Shown here one piece after another: positions 31,219 to 41,031 of a DNA stretch of 50,636 nucleotides (the stretch's first letter is position 1; each line of letters begins with the position of its first letter). Below the pieces are notes generated by a model. It ran no database searches and was not told where the DNA came from. It saw only the letters and a program-made list of their open reading frames with translations. This stretch comes from an uncultured Prochlorococcus sp. (GTDB lineage Bacteria > Cyanobacteriota > Cyanobacteriia > PCC-6307 > Cyanobiaceae): positions 1 to 50,636 of the forward strand of contig CACGMX010000001.1 in assembly GCA_902574405.1 (NCBI GenBank), read 5' to 3'. The position numbers and the translations under genes are program-made.

Positions 31219-32443
31219 GAATATCTCAATTAAAGAAGCCTTAGGTATGGCGACAAAAACATTGGTTTCGAATAAATTGAGAAGTTCGTTAACAATGCTG
31301 GGCATAATTATAGGAAATGCATCAGTTATTACACTTGTTGGGCTTGGAAGAGGTGCTCAAACATTAGCTAAAAACCAATTAAGTAATTTAGGTGCAAATG
31401 TATTATTCATTGTTCCTGGAAATAATGACACCAGAAGAAGAGGTATTTCATTTCCTAAAAATCTTGTTTTAGAAGATGCACAAGCAATAAGTAATCAAGT
31501 CCCAACAGTTAAAAAAGTTGCGCCTCAAATTTCTGCTAACGAAATAGTGCAGTCAAATTCTAAAAGTCTAAATATATCAATTGCAGGAGTTACTCCTGAA
31601 TTTCTTGAAGTAAGAAGCTTTGAAGTTGATAAGGGAAGGTTTATATCTAAGAGTGATATTAATAGTGCAAGAAGTTATGTAGTAATAGGGCCTGATCTTA
31701 AAGACGAATTTTTCAATGATAATTCTTCATCACTTGGGGAAAAAATCAGAATTAAAGATCATACTTATGAAATTATTGGAATATTAAAACCAAAAGGTGC
31801 TGTATTTGGAAGTAATCAAGACAAAAATGCTTATATTCCATTAACCACCATGGTCAATAGGATTACAGGGAAGGACCCAACATATGGAGTAAGTTTAAGC
31901 TTCATTAGTGTTGAAGCTATAAATAAAAATGCAACTAGTGCCGCTAAATTTCAGATTACTAACTTATTAAGGCAAAGACATAAAATAATAAGAGACGATG
32001 ACTTTGCGGTTAGATCACAAGAAGATGCACTGAATATAGTAACCAACATAACAAGTGGGCTAACGTTTTTATTGGCTGGTATTGGGGCAGTATCTTTGGT
32101 GGTTGGAGGCATAGGAATCATGAATATTATGCTTGTTTCTGTAAGTGAAAGGACTGAAGAAATTGGACTTAGAAAAGCAATAGGAGCTAAACAGTCAGAT
32201 ATATTAATTCAATTTTTAATTGAGGCATTGATTTTATCTACAATAGGAGGATTAATTGGAACAACAACAGGTTTATCAGGTGTTTTTCTGTTATCTCTTA
32301 TAACACCACTTCCTGCATCAGTAGGTATTACAACTACTTTTTCCACCATGATCATTTCAGGATCAATAGGTTTAATCTTTGGCGTTTTACCTGCAAAAAG
32401 AGCTTCTAAATTAGATCCAATTGTTGCATTGAGAAGTTTATAA
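31211..32443 (+). CDS. MacB/SalY-type ABC transporter permease
   Basis: NKLRSSLTMLGIIIG, SLVVGGIGIMNIMLVSVSERTEEIGLRKAIGA, PAKRASKLDPIVALR. Confidence 0.92.
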   Translation: MSRNISIKEALGMATKTLVSNKLRSSLTMLGIIIGNASVITLVGLGRGAQTLAKNQLSNLGANVLFIVPGNNDTRRRGISFPKNLVLEDAQAISNQVPTVKKVAPQISANEIVQSNSKSLNISIAGVTPEFLEVRSFEVDKGRFISKSDINSARSYVVIGPDLKDEFFNDNSSSLGEKIRIKDHTYEIIGILKPKGAVFGSNQDKNAYIPLTTMVNRITGKDPTYGVSLSFISVEAINKNATSAAKFQITNLLRQRHKIIRDDDFAVRSQEDALNIVTNITSGLTFLLAGIGAVSLVVGGIGIMNIMLVSVSERTEEIGLRKAIGAKQSDILIQFLIEALILSTIGGLIGTTTGLSGVFLLSLITPLPASVGITTTFSTMIISGSIGLIFGVLPAKRASKLDPIVALRSL

Positions 32444-32458
32444 ATAGAATTTATAATA

Positions 32459-33028
32459 ATGCTCAATTTTTATAAATTCATTGAGATACTGGTGAGTCTT
32501 CAATCATTATTAATAACATCGATGTTACCTGTTTATATTCCACTACCTTTTATCTATAAATCTGGTAATAACTTTGAGTTACCTATCACATGGCAAATTC
32601 CGGGCATAATTTTATTAACACTTATATTCCATAAAAAAGTTGTTTTCAGAGCATTTTCTATATATATGATTTTGGGGTTATTTATACTTCCTGTCTTTCA
32701 TCAAGGGGGTTCATTAGGTTATTTGCTCACTCCAAATTTTGGTTATTTATTAGGTTTATATCCATTAATCAAAATAATTGATAATTTAAATAATAGAAAT
32801 AAAATAAACGTAGGAAACTTTTTAAAAAACGGATTTATAGCAATAGTTGCTATGCATTTAACAGGAATATTTTACAACTTCATACAAATTATATTCTACA
32901 GTCAATTTAATTTATTTTTATATAATTTAGGAAAATACTCATTAGGTAAGATTGGATATCATTTTTTAATGCTTTTTCCCCTTTTATTACTTATTAAACC
33001 TATAGAACGTTTAAAACGTAGCAAATAA
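32459..33028 (+). CDS. bioY: Biotin transporter BioY (ECF S-component)
   Basis: PITWQ, GLFILPVFHQGG..GYL..PNFGYLLG; multi-pass hydrophobic profile. Confidence 0.8.
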   Translation: MLNFYKFIEILVSLQSLLITSMLPVYIPLPFIYKSGNNFELPITWQIPGIILLTLIFHKKVVFRAFSIYMILGLFILPVFHQGGSLGYLLTPNFGYLLGLYPLIKIIDNLNNRNKINVGNFLKNGFIAIVAMHLTGIFYNFIQIIFYSQFNLFLYNLGKYSLGKIGYHFLMLFPLLLLIKPIERLKRSK

Positions 33029-33486
33029 TGATTATTAATATAAAAACAAAATTATATTTTGTATCTTTAAGTATTTTTATTGTTCTAATAGATCAATTTA
33101 CGAAATATTTAATGTTTTATAATAAAAAATCATTTATTAATAAAGATTTTCTTTTATTCAAATTAGACTTTGTAAAAAATTATGGAGCAGCATTTAACAT
33201 ATTTAGTGGTAGTAGAGTATTTTTATCTTTAATAAGTATTTTTTTTTCTATATTAATTATTTATTTGATATTTAGGAAGAATACTTTAGACTCATTCGAT
33301 CTATATTCATATAGCTTTATTCTTGGGGGAACTATTGGTAATGGTATAGATAGGATATATAAAGGTTATGTTGTTGATTTTATAAATTTAAATATTATAA
33401 ATTTTCCAGTATTTAATATTGCTGATATATCTATTAATATTGGTTTCATTATTTTACTATATAACATTTTTAAAAATAATCGATAA
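33028..33486 (+). CDS. lspA: Lipoprotein signal peptidase II
   Basis: DQFTK, NYGAAF, GGTIGNGIDR, VVDF, FPVFNIAD. Confidence 0.96.
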   Translation: MIINIKTKLYFVSLSIFIVLIDQFTKYLMFYNKKSFINKDFLLFKLDFVKNYGAAFNIFSGSRVFLSLISIFFSILIIYLIFRKNTLDSFDLYSYSFILGGTIGNGIDRIYKGYVVDFINLNIINFPVFNIADISINIGFIILLYNIFKNNR

Positions 33487-33487
33487 A

Positions 33488-34987
33488 ATGAATTACTTGA
33501 AATTAAGGAATATAAAGTATGTAGTATTGATATTATTTCTATATATTTTATTTTTCATATTTGTAAGAATAGTAAATATTTATACTCTTTTATTTTTAAT
33601 TATAATTATTTATACTTTATATAATATTGATAAAAAATTATTTAAAAAATTAGTTTATAAAGTTATATATAAAAATAAAAAAAATACACTTTCATTCAAA
33701 AATACATATGGTGCTGCCAAGATAAGTTTGGAAGGAGTCGAGAAAATTAATAAAAAAATTAACGATAAAGTAAAAGCTGAATTGTTAAATTACCAAAAAA
33801 ATAAACTAGAGTCTCAATTAAAAACAGGAGATTATAAAGTTACTCTTTTTGGAGCAGGTTCCTCAGGAAAAACATCTATAGCAAGATCTTTATTGAAAAA
33901 TATTGTCGGACAAACTTCAGCAAAAATAGGTACAACAAAGCAAATTAATAGCTATAAAATTCGTATACCAATTTTAAAAAGAAACATTAATATAGTTGAT
34001 ACTCCAGGTTTATTCGAACCATCTAAATTAGGAGAAGAAAGAGAAAAAGCAACAATTATACAAGCAACAAATTCTGACTTGGTTCTTTTTGTGTTAGATC
34101 AGGACATAAATAAATACGAAAACTATTTAATTAATGAATTATTAAAATTAAGGAAAAGAATAATAATAGTTCTAAATAAATGTGATTTGAGGTCTAGAGA
34201 TGAAAATAACCTTATTAAAGATAATATAATTTCTATAACTTCTGCCAGAAAAAATAAAATTTCAGTTGTTCAAACAATTGCAGTCCCTAAAAAAACTCCC
34301 TATACAAAATCAGATTCTTTAAATTTAGTTCCAGAGGTAGGAAGTTTATTTAGGGAAATAATTGAAACCCTCGATAATAATGGTGAAGAGTTATTGGCGG
34401 ATAATATTCTTTTTCGCTCAAATAAGTTAGGTATTAAAAGTAAAAATTTCGTACAAGAACAAAGATATTTAATGTCAAATAAAGTTATTAATAAATATAT
34501 GTGGATAACAGGAGGAGTAATACTAGTTAATCCACTACCAGCTGTTGACTTTCTTACTACTACCTCCGTAAACCTTCAAATGATAATGGAGTTATCAAAA
34601 ATATATGAAATAAAGCTTACAAAAAAAGATGCTAAAGATTTGGCGACTTCATTGCTAAGCGCATTGGCTAAACAAGGAATACTAAAAGGGGGTCTCGCCA
34701 TTCTTTCTCCTGCTTTAGCTACAAGCTTGACTAAAATAATATTATCTAAATCTATACAATCAGTTACAGCAGGCTGGTTAATAAGAATAGTAGGACTAAG
34801 TTTGATTGAATATTTTAAAAATGGTCAAAATTGGGGAGATGGAGGAATTCAAGAAGTAGTAGATAAGATCTATAGAATAAGTAAAAGGGAGGATATTTTA
34901 AATAATTTCGTAAAAGAAGCTATTTCAAAAATTGAAATCAAAAAGTATTTCAAATCAAATAAAAGTTTACCTCCATTTCCTATGTAA
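33488..34987 (+). CDS. Membrane-anchored GTPase with C-terminal DUF697/YcjF-like region
   Basis: G1 GAGSSGKT, G2 GTT, G3 DTPG, G4 NKCD, then NPLPAVD. Two N-terminal hydrophobic segments. The ATG at 33488, just after the lspA stop, is preferred over 33419. Confidence 0.8.
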   Translation: MNYLKLRNIKYVVLILFLYILFFIFVRIVNIYTLLFLIIIIYTLYNIDKKLFKKLVYKVIYKNKKNTLSFKNTYGAAKISLEGVEKINKKINDKVKAELLNYQKNKLESQLKTGDYKVTLFGAGSSGKTSIARSLLKNIVGQTSAKIGTTKQINSYKIRIPILKRNINIVDTPGLFEPSKLGEEREKATIIQATNSDLVLFVLDQDINKYENYLINELLKLRKRIIIVLNKCDLRSRDENNLIKDNIISITSARKNKISVVQTIAVPKKTPYTKSDSLNLVPEVGSLFREIIETLDNNGEELLADNILFRSNKLGIKSKNFVQEQRYLMSNKVINKYMWITGGVILVNPLPAVDFLTTTSVNLQMIMELSKIYEIKLTKKDAKDLATSLLSALAKQGILKGGLAILSPALATSLTKIILSKSIQSVTAGWLIRIVGLSLIEYFKNGQNWGDGGIQEVVDKIYRISKREDILNNFVKEAISKIEIKKYFKSNKSLPPFPM

Positions 34988-35117
34988 AATTCGTTAGTTG
35001 ATCATTTAGATAAGTTCTGAAGTCAAAGATAGTTATTAAAAGTAAGTAAGCAATACAAATCGCTATAGATATAAAACCTGTTACTATTGCAATAATTTTA
35101 GGTCTGCCTATATTCAT
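34980..35117 (-). CDS. Small single-TM protein, 45 aa (not in ORF track)
   Basis: MNIGRPKIIAIVTGFISIAICIAYLLLITIFDFRTYLNDQLTNFT*. Its ATG is 2 nt after the decarboxylase stop. Confidence 0.75.
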   Translation of the reverse strand: MNIGRPKIIAIVTGFISIAICIAYLLLITIFDFRTYLNDQLTNFT

Positions 35118-35119
35118 TG

Positions 35120-36505
35120 CTAACTATCTAAGAGTCTTAAAAGTTCTTCAATATGAGAATCTTTTGTATTATAGTTTCCCATAACGGCACGTAAATAATA
35201 TTTACCTTTAAATTTTGGTCTAGAAAGCATAAAATTATTTTTCATAAGTTCATTAACTTTATATTGAGTCCAGGCATCAGAGTCTTTTGGCTCAAGACCC
35301 TTTGGTAAAAATGAAATAATGTGCAAAGGACCTGAATATATATCAAATTTATTTTTACTAATATTTTTAATAAAAAAATCTTTTCTTTTAATTGATGAAT
35401 TTAATATATTTTCTATTCCATGATGACCTAAAGAACGTAACCCAAGCCATAGTTTGATAACCTCTGCAGGTCTAGAACCCTGAATACCTATTTCTCCTCT
35501 ATTAATAATATTATCTTTAGATGATATATATGGTAGTCCAGTAGAAAAAGTATTTTCTAAAGTGCTCATATTTGAAACTAATAACAAAGAGGAGGTCTTA
35601 GTGATACCAATTATCTTTTGAGGATTTATTGTAATGGAGTTAGCTTGATTGATATTATTTAAACCTTCTATTTGTGTAGAAGTTAGAGCAAAAATACCTC
35701 CAATAGAGCCATCAATGTGTAACCATATTTTTTTTTCTTTGCATATTTCACTAATTTCCTTAATAGGATCAATTGCTCCTCTTACAGTTGTTCCTAGAGT
35801 TGCGACTATCGCAAAGATTTTTTTATTATTAATCGAACATTTATCTAATGTTTTTCTTAGATTTTGTATATTCATGCGCCCTTTATTATCAGTTTCAATC
35901 CTGACAAGATTTTCTTCATCAAGACCCATTATTCTTGTGCATTTAATAAAGGATGAATGAGCATCTTCACTAACAAGTAATACAGAATTAGGGTCTGAAC
36001 CTAATCCAGCATTATTTCTAGCTGCTATAAGTGCATTTAAATTACTTAATGTTCCGCCGCTTGCTGCTATTCCTCCTGAAGAATCATTAAATCCAATTTT
36101 TTTTGCAAACCATTTGCATAATGAATCCTCAAGCAAAGTTACACTTGGTGATAAATCGTAAGCGAGAAGATTATTATTTAAACCAGCAGCAACTAAATCT
36201 CCCAAAATAGAGAAAATTAAAGGTGGAGGATCAAGGTGAGCTAGTGATCCAGGATGAACGGGATTAAATGAATTATTCAAAAGAGATTCAATCTCAGAAA
36301 ACAAATCTTCTTCAGAATCACCATCTTCAGCTGGCATTATGCACTTAAAACTTTCATCAAAAGGTAAAGGACCATTTTTATCAGCTTTAGAGAACCATTC
36401 GCAAAGAGTTTGACTTGCTCTATTCAGAAGAGTAATCAATTTGTCATTAGTCCCTAAATATGAGGGGAAATATATATCTTTATTATTAATTAAATCTTCA
36501 GCCAT
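35120..36505 (-). CDS. Group II PLP-dependent amino-acid decarboxylase, substrate unknown
   Basis: HPGSLAHL, SGGTLSN, AHSS, ATLGTTVRGAIDP, WLHIDG..GG, PLP lysine in SITINPQK. Confidence 0.88.
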   Translation of the reverse strand: MAEDLINNKDIYFPSYLGTNDKLITLLNRASQTLCEWFSKADKNGPLPFDESFKCIMPAEDGDSEEDLFSEIESLLNNSFNPVHPGSLAHLDPPPLIFSILGDLVAAGLNNNLLAYDLSPSVTLLEDSLCKWFAKKIGFNDSSGGIAASGGTLSNLNALIAARNNAGLGSDPNSVLLVSEDAHSSFIKCTRIMGLDEENLVRIETDNKGRMNIQNLRKTLDKCSINNKKIFAIVATLGTTVRGAIDPIKEISEICKEKKIWLHIDGSIGGIFALTSTQIEGLNNINQANSITINPQKIIGITKTSSLLLVSNMSTLENTFSTGLPYISSKDNIINRGEIGIQGSRPAEVIKLWLGLRSLGHHGIENILNSSIKRKDFFIKNISKNKFDIYSGPLHIISFLPKGLEPKDSDAWTQYKVNELMKNNFMLSRPKFKGKYYLRAVMGNYNTKDSHIEELLRLLDS

Positions 36506-36548
36506 CAGATAATATATCTATTAATAATTCTATTCTCAATATTGGTAA

Positions 36549-37064
36549 ATGAGATATTTTTTTGAAAATGGAAATAGTAATAAAGATCAACAAAAAAGAA
36601 CGAATAATCCAGGATACACTTTGTGGATGAATTCGATATTAAGAAGAACCAAAGAAATTGGAAAAGTTGAACTGCCAATCTGTTCTGTAATTTTAGATGA
36701 GAGAGGAAGATGTATCGGGAGAGGGGTTAACAGAAGAAATATAGATAAGGACCCATTAGGTCATGCTGAAATAATGGCACTTAGACAGGCCTCACTAATA
36801 AAAAATGATTGGAGATTTAATGAATGTACTCTTATCACAAATTTAGAACCTTGTACTATGTGTTCCTCTGCTCTTATTCAAGCGCGGATGGGTAAAGTTA
36901 TTTTTGGGGCTTACGATAAGAAAAGAGGTGGACTGGGTGGCTCAATTGATCTATCAAAACATGAAAGTGCTCATCACAAAATGGAAATAATTGGAGGTAT
37001 CTTAGAGGATGAATGCAGTCAAATTTTACAGATTTGGTTCAAAAAGTTGAGGACTCAAAAATAG
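36549..37064 (+). CDS. tadA: tRNA-specific adenosine deaminase
   Basis: DPLGHAE, WR, LEPCTMC, FGAYDKKRG. Confidence 0.85.
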   Translation: MRYFFENGNSNKDQQKRTNNPGYTLWMNSILRRTKEIGKVELPICSVILDERGRCIGRGVNRRNIDKDPLGHAEIMALRQASLIKNDWRFNECTLITNLEPCTMCSSALIQARMGKVIFGAYDKKRGGLGGSIDLSKHESAHHKMEIIGGILEDECSQILQIWFKKLRTQK

Positions 37065-38223
37065 AAAATTTATTTAGCTCAGTATCAAATAAGTTTAATA
37101 ATCTATCAACATTTTCCTCACATGAATTAAAACCCATTAACCCTACACGCCATACCTTACCGGATAATTCTCCAAGTCCATTTCCTATTTCAATTCCATA
37201 GTTTCTTAATAGATGATTTCTAAAACCATCACCATCAACTGCCGGAGGTATTTTAACTGTGGTTAAAGTTGGCAATCTATAATCCTCTGATACATGTAAT
37301 TCCATTCCAAGACTTTCTAAACCATTCCACAGTTTTTTTGCATTAATATTATGTCTATTCCAAACATTTTCTAAACCCTCATTCGCAATTAATCGTAAAC
37401 CTTCACGAATAGCAAAATTCATATTTACTGGCGCAGTATGATGGTAAACACGATCAGAACCCCAGTATTTATTTAATAGAGACAAATCTAAATACCAGTT
37501 AGGTACTTTTGTTTTTCTAGAACTTAGTTTTTCTTCAGCTCTCTTATTCATTGTAAAAGGGCTTAACCCTGGGGGGCAACTTAATCCCTTTTGGCTACAA
37601 CTGTATGCTAGATCAATTTTCCATTCGTCTATCAATAATTCTAAAGCGCCTAGAGAAGTAACTGCATCAACTAAAAACAAGCAGTTATTTTTTCTACATA
37701 TATCGCCAATACCCTCGAGAGGTTGTAAAACACCACTCGATGTTTCAGCATGAACAATAGCAAAAATGGCTGGTTTTTTAGTTTCTATTTCATACTTAAT
37801 TTCCTCAAATGTAAAAGCCTCACCCCATGGTTTTTCCATAATGGAAACTTGAGCTTTATATCTAGTTGCCATATCAACTAATCTGTCTCCAAAATATCCT
37901 TTTTTAGCAATCAATATTTTTTCTCCTTCTTCAATAAAATTGGCTATTGAAGCTTCCATCGCGGCACTACCAGTACCACTCATTGGAAGTGTAAGACGAT
38001 TATTGCACTGCCATGTATACCTTAAAAGTTGCTGTACATCAGACATTAATGAAATATATGCTTCATCTAAATGACCAATAGGATTCAAAGAAAGAGCGTT
38101 TAAGACTTCTGGATGAGCATTTGAAGGACCAGGACCTAATAAAAGTCTAGAGGGAACATAAGTCTTTGAGAAATGAGACAAATTCTCTTTATTTAAAACC
38201 GGATAAAGTTTTGCTTCTGTCAA
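37039..38223 (-). CDS. Alanine--glyoxylate / serine--pyruvate aminotransferase (class V)
   Basis: RLLLGPGPSN, SGTGSAAME, HAETSSG, VDAVTSLG, SQKGLSCPPG, YHHTAP. Confidence 0.93.
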   Translation of the reverse strand: MTEAKLYPVLNKENLSHFSKTYVPSRLLLGPGPSNAHPEVLNALSLNPIGHLDEAYISLMSDVQQLLRYTWQCNNRLTLPMSGTGSAAMEASIANFIEEGEKILIAKKGYFGDRLVDMATRYKAQVSIMEKPWGEAFTFEEIKYEIETKKPAIFAIVHAETSSGVLQPLEGIGDICRKNNCLFLVDAVTSLGALELLIDEWKIDLAYSCSQKGLSCPPGLSPFTMNKRAEEKLSSRKTKVPNWYLDLSLLNKYWGSDRVYHHTAPVNMNFAIREGLRLIANEGLENVWNRHNINAKKLWNGLESLGMELHVSEDYRLPTLTTVKIPPAVDGDGFRNHLLRNYGIEIGNGLGELSGKVWRVGLMGFNSCEENVDRLLNLFDTELNKFSIFESSTF

Positions 38224-38373
38224 AGCATTACATTCAATTAACTTTAAATTAAACTAATATTGTCGCTTAAGCGATATTTATTTAAAGAAATTAATTCAAT
38301 TTAAATAATTAAGTAAATAATTATTAAAGTTATGACTTGAAACACTGAAAGAAGATATCAAGTGTTGAAAAAA

Positions 38374-38415
38374 GTTACGGTTGATACATAATAAGAATCA
38401 TCAAGTAATTAATTT
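38374..38415 (+). promoter_or_regulatory. Putative NtcA-activated promoter of glnA (variant box plus -10 element)
   Basis: GTT-ACGGTTGA-TAC at 38374-38387, one mismatch from GTA-N8-TAC. A 22-nt spacer and TAATTT (TAN3T) follow at 38410-38415. Confidence 0.7.
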
Positions 38416-38437
38416 CATAGAAGGTATCTTAAAAGTT

Positions 38438-39859
38438 ATGTCTAAGTCTCCACAAGATGTTTTAAGTCAAATTAAAGATGAAGGAATTGAACTCATCGAT
38501 TTAAAATTTACTGACATCCATGGTAAGTGGCAACATTTAACTCTTACATCAGACATGATAGAAGAGGATTCATTTACAGAAGGTCTAGCATTTGATGGTT
38601 CATCAATAAGAGGTTGGAAAGCAATTAATGCTTCTGATATGTCAATGGTTCCAGATGCAAGTACAGCATGGATAGATCCTTTTTATAAACATAAAACTCT
38701 AAGTATGATTTGCTCTATCCAGGAGCCTAGAAGTGGTGAGCCTTATGATAGATGCCCAAGATCTTTGGCTCAAAAGGCTTTAAAGTACTTAGAGTCTACT
38801 GGAATTGCTGATACAGCATTTTTTGGACCGGAACCAGAATTCTTCTTATTTGATGACGTAAGATACGACTCAAAAGAAGGTTCTTGCTTTTACAGTGTAG
38901 ATACAATTGAAGCTCCATGGAATACAGGAAGAATTGAAGAGGGTGGAAATTTAGGATACAAGATCCAATACAAAGAAGGTTATTTCCCAGTCTCTCCAAA
39001 CGATACTGCGCAAGACATCAGATCTGAAATGCTTCTTTTAATGGGTGAATTAGGAATACCTACAGAAAAGCATCACCATGAAGTTGCTGGTGCTGGTCAA
39101 CACGAACTTGGAATGAAATTCGATTCGTTAATAAATTCAGCTGATAGCGTAATGACTTATAAATACGTTGTAAGGAATGTTGCTAAAAAATATGGGAAAA
39201 CTGCAACGTTTATGCCCAAGCCTGTATTTAACGATAATGGAACTGGAATGCATGTTCACCAAAGTTTATGGAAGAGCGGGCAGCCACTTTTCTTTGGTGA
39301 AGGGGCATATGCAAATTTATCTCAAACTGCAAGATGGTACATCGGAGGCATACTTAAACATGCTCCATCATTCTTAGCATTTACTAACCCAACTACAAAT
39401 AGTTATAAAAGATTGGTTCCAGGATTCGAAGCACCTGTAAATCTAGTTTATTCAGAGGGTAATAGATCAGCTGCTGTAAGAATACCTCTAACTGGTCCAA
39501 GCCCTAAAGCTAAAAGACTAGAATTCAGATCAGGTGATGCACTTGCTAATCCTTACTTAGCATTTTCTGTAATGATGCTTGCTGGTATTGATGGAATTAA
39601 AAATCAAATTGATCCTGGTGATGGAGTTGATGTAGATTTATTTGAACTTCCAGCTGATGAACTTGCTAAGATTGATACAGTACCTTCATCTCTAAATGAC
39701 TCACTTAATGCGCTAAAAGCTGATAAGGAATATCTATTAGCTGGTGGAGTATTTACTGAAGATTTTATTGATAACTTTATCGATATAAAATACGAAGAGG
39801 TACAGCAACTAAGACAAAGGCCTCATCCACATGAATTCTTCATGTACTACGATGCATAA
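38438..39859 (+). CDS. glnA: Glutamine synthetase type I
   Basis: [42 protein letters not shown]. Start MSKSPQ at 38438; the ORF-track extension runs through the promoter. Confidence 0.98.
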   Translation: MSKSPQDVLSQIKDEGIELIDLKFTDIHGKWQHLTLTSDMIEEDSFTEGLAFDGSSIRGWKAINASDMSMVPDASTAWIDPFYKHKTLSMICSIQEPRSGEPYDRCPRSLAQKALKYLESTGIADTAFFGPEPEFFLFDDVRYDSKEGSCFYSVDTIEAPWNTGRIEEGGNLGYKIQYKEGYFPVSPNDTAQDIRSEMLLLMGELGIPTEKHHHEVAGAGQHELGMKFDSLINSADSVMTYKYVVRNVAKKYGKTATFMPKPVFNDNGTGMHVHQSLWKSGQPLFFGEGAYANLSQTARWYIGGILKHAPSFLAFTNPTTNSYKRLVPGFEAPVNLVYSEGNRSAAVRIPLTGPSPKAKRLEFRSGDALANPYLAFSVMMLAGIDGIKNQIDPGDGVDVDLFELPADELAKIDTVPSSLNDSLNALKADKEYLLAGGVFTEDFIDNFIDIKYEEVQQLRQRPHPHEFFMYYDA

Positions 39860-39884
39860 TTAAAAAATCACATCAGTTTAAATT

Positions 39885-39933
39885 AATCAATTTGAGAAAT
39901 ATCACAAAATATTCTCAAATTGATTTTTTTTTT
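39885..39933 (+). terminator. Intrinsic terminator after glnA
   Basis: Perfect 14-bp inverted repeat AATCAATTTGAGAA (39885-39898) / TTCTCAAATTGATT (39912-39925), running into a 10-T tract (39924-39933). Confidence 0.8.
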
Positions 39934-39963
39934 GTTGGAATATACTTATATAAATCGGAAAAA

Positions 39964-41019
39964 ATGGCTAGGGAATCTATTTCAAAAATTGCATATAAAA
40001 CGCTACAACAAAGTAAAAGCATTGCAGGTTTCGCTCACAAGCAGATTAGTTCAAGATTAATGAACTTTATTCTTCCGGATTCGAAACTTAATAATTTTGA
40101 CATAGATAAGGATCTTCTGATGCAAATCCAAAATTCAATGGATAACTTAAGAGAAGAAGATTGGAATGATGCAGAAAAAAATATATATCCAAAAAAATTA
40201 TTGTTTGACGAGCCATGGCTTAGATATTTAACTCAATATCCTAAAATTTGGCTCGACATGCCTAATACATGGGATAGACGCAGAAAACAAAACTTTGATG
40301 ATCTTCCAAAATCAATTGATAAAGATAATTATCCACAATATTACTTAAGAAATTTTCATCATCAAACAGATGGTTATTTATCAGATTTTTCAGCTAGTAT
40401 TTATGATCTACAAGTAGAGATACTCTTCAACGGAACCGCTGACTCAATGAGGAGAAGAATAATTAAACCAATAAAAGAAGGACTTGAAACTTTTAGCTAT
40501 AGAAAAAAAAGTTCTATAAATATACTTGATGTGGCTACAGGATCAGGAAGAACATTAAAACAATTAAGAGCCGCATTTCCTAAAGAAAAAATCACAGGGA
40601 TTGATTTATCTGATTCATACTTAAAAGAAGCAAGCAGATATATTTCGGATTTAGATGGAGATTTAATTCCGTTAATAAAAGGTAATGCTGAAGAATTACC
40701 TTTTGAAAATGATAGTTTTCAATGCATTTCTTGTGTTTACTTATTCCATGAATTACCTAGAACAATCAGAGCTAAAGTATTAAATGAATTTTTTAGAGTT
40801 CTTGAACCTGGGGGGATTTTAGTATTAGCTGATTCAATTCAAATAAGTGATTCACCTGACTTTACATCCGTAATGGAAAATTTCTATAAATCTTTTCATG
40901 AGCCATTTTATTTTGATTACATAAAAGAGGATATAGATTCTAAAATTGAGGAAGTTGGGTTTAAAGATGTACAATCAAATTCCTTTTTTATGACCAAAGT
41001 ATGGTCTGCTGTAAAGTAA
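39964..41019 (+). CDS. Class I SAM-dependent methyltransferase
   Basis: ILDVATGSG, GIDLS, NAEELPF, YLFHELP, RVLEPGG, YPQYYLRNFHHQTDGYLS. Start set at MARES (39964), after the terminator. Confidence 0.88.
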   Translation: MARESISKIAYKTLQQSKSIAGFAHKQISSRLMNFILPDSKLNNFDIDKDLLMQIQNSMDNLREEDWNDAEKNIYPKKLLFDEPWLRYLTQYPKIWLDMPNTWDRRRKQNFDDLPKSIDKDNYPQYYLRNFHHQTDGYLSDFSASIYDLQVEILFNGTADSMRRRIIKPIKEGLETFSYRKKSSINILDVATGSGRTLKQLRAAFPKEKITGIDLSDSYLKEASRYISDLDGDLIPLIKGNAEELPFENDSFQCISCVYLFHELPRTIRAKVLNEFFRVLEPGGILVLADSIQISDSPDFTSVMENFYKSFHEPFYFDYIKEDIDSKIEEVGFKDVQSNSFFMTKVWSAVK

Positions 41020-41031
41020 ATAAAAACTGCT

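Noticed and set aside
32459-33700. Extremely AT-rich stretch suggesting foreign DNA
   Set aside because: It encodes Ile/Phe/Leu/Lys-rich membrane segments of bioY, lspA and the GTPase, with no mobility genes or boundary repeats.
38224-38437. Possible glutamine riboswitch or sRNA upstream of glnA
   Set aside because: The predicted leader is only about 15 nt and I could not identify an aptamer fold; an Rfam covariance search would settle it.
39892-39963. N-terminal extension of the methyltransferase in the ORF track
   Set aside because: It runs through the glnA terminator hairpin and T-tract; ATG 39964 is the plausible start.
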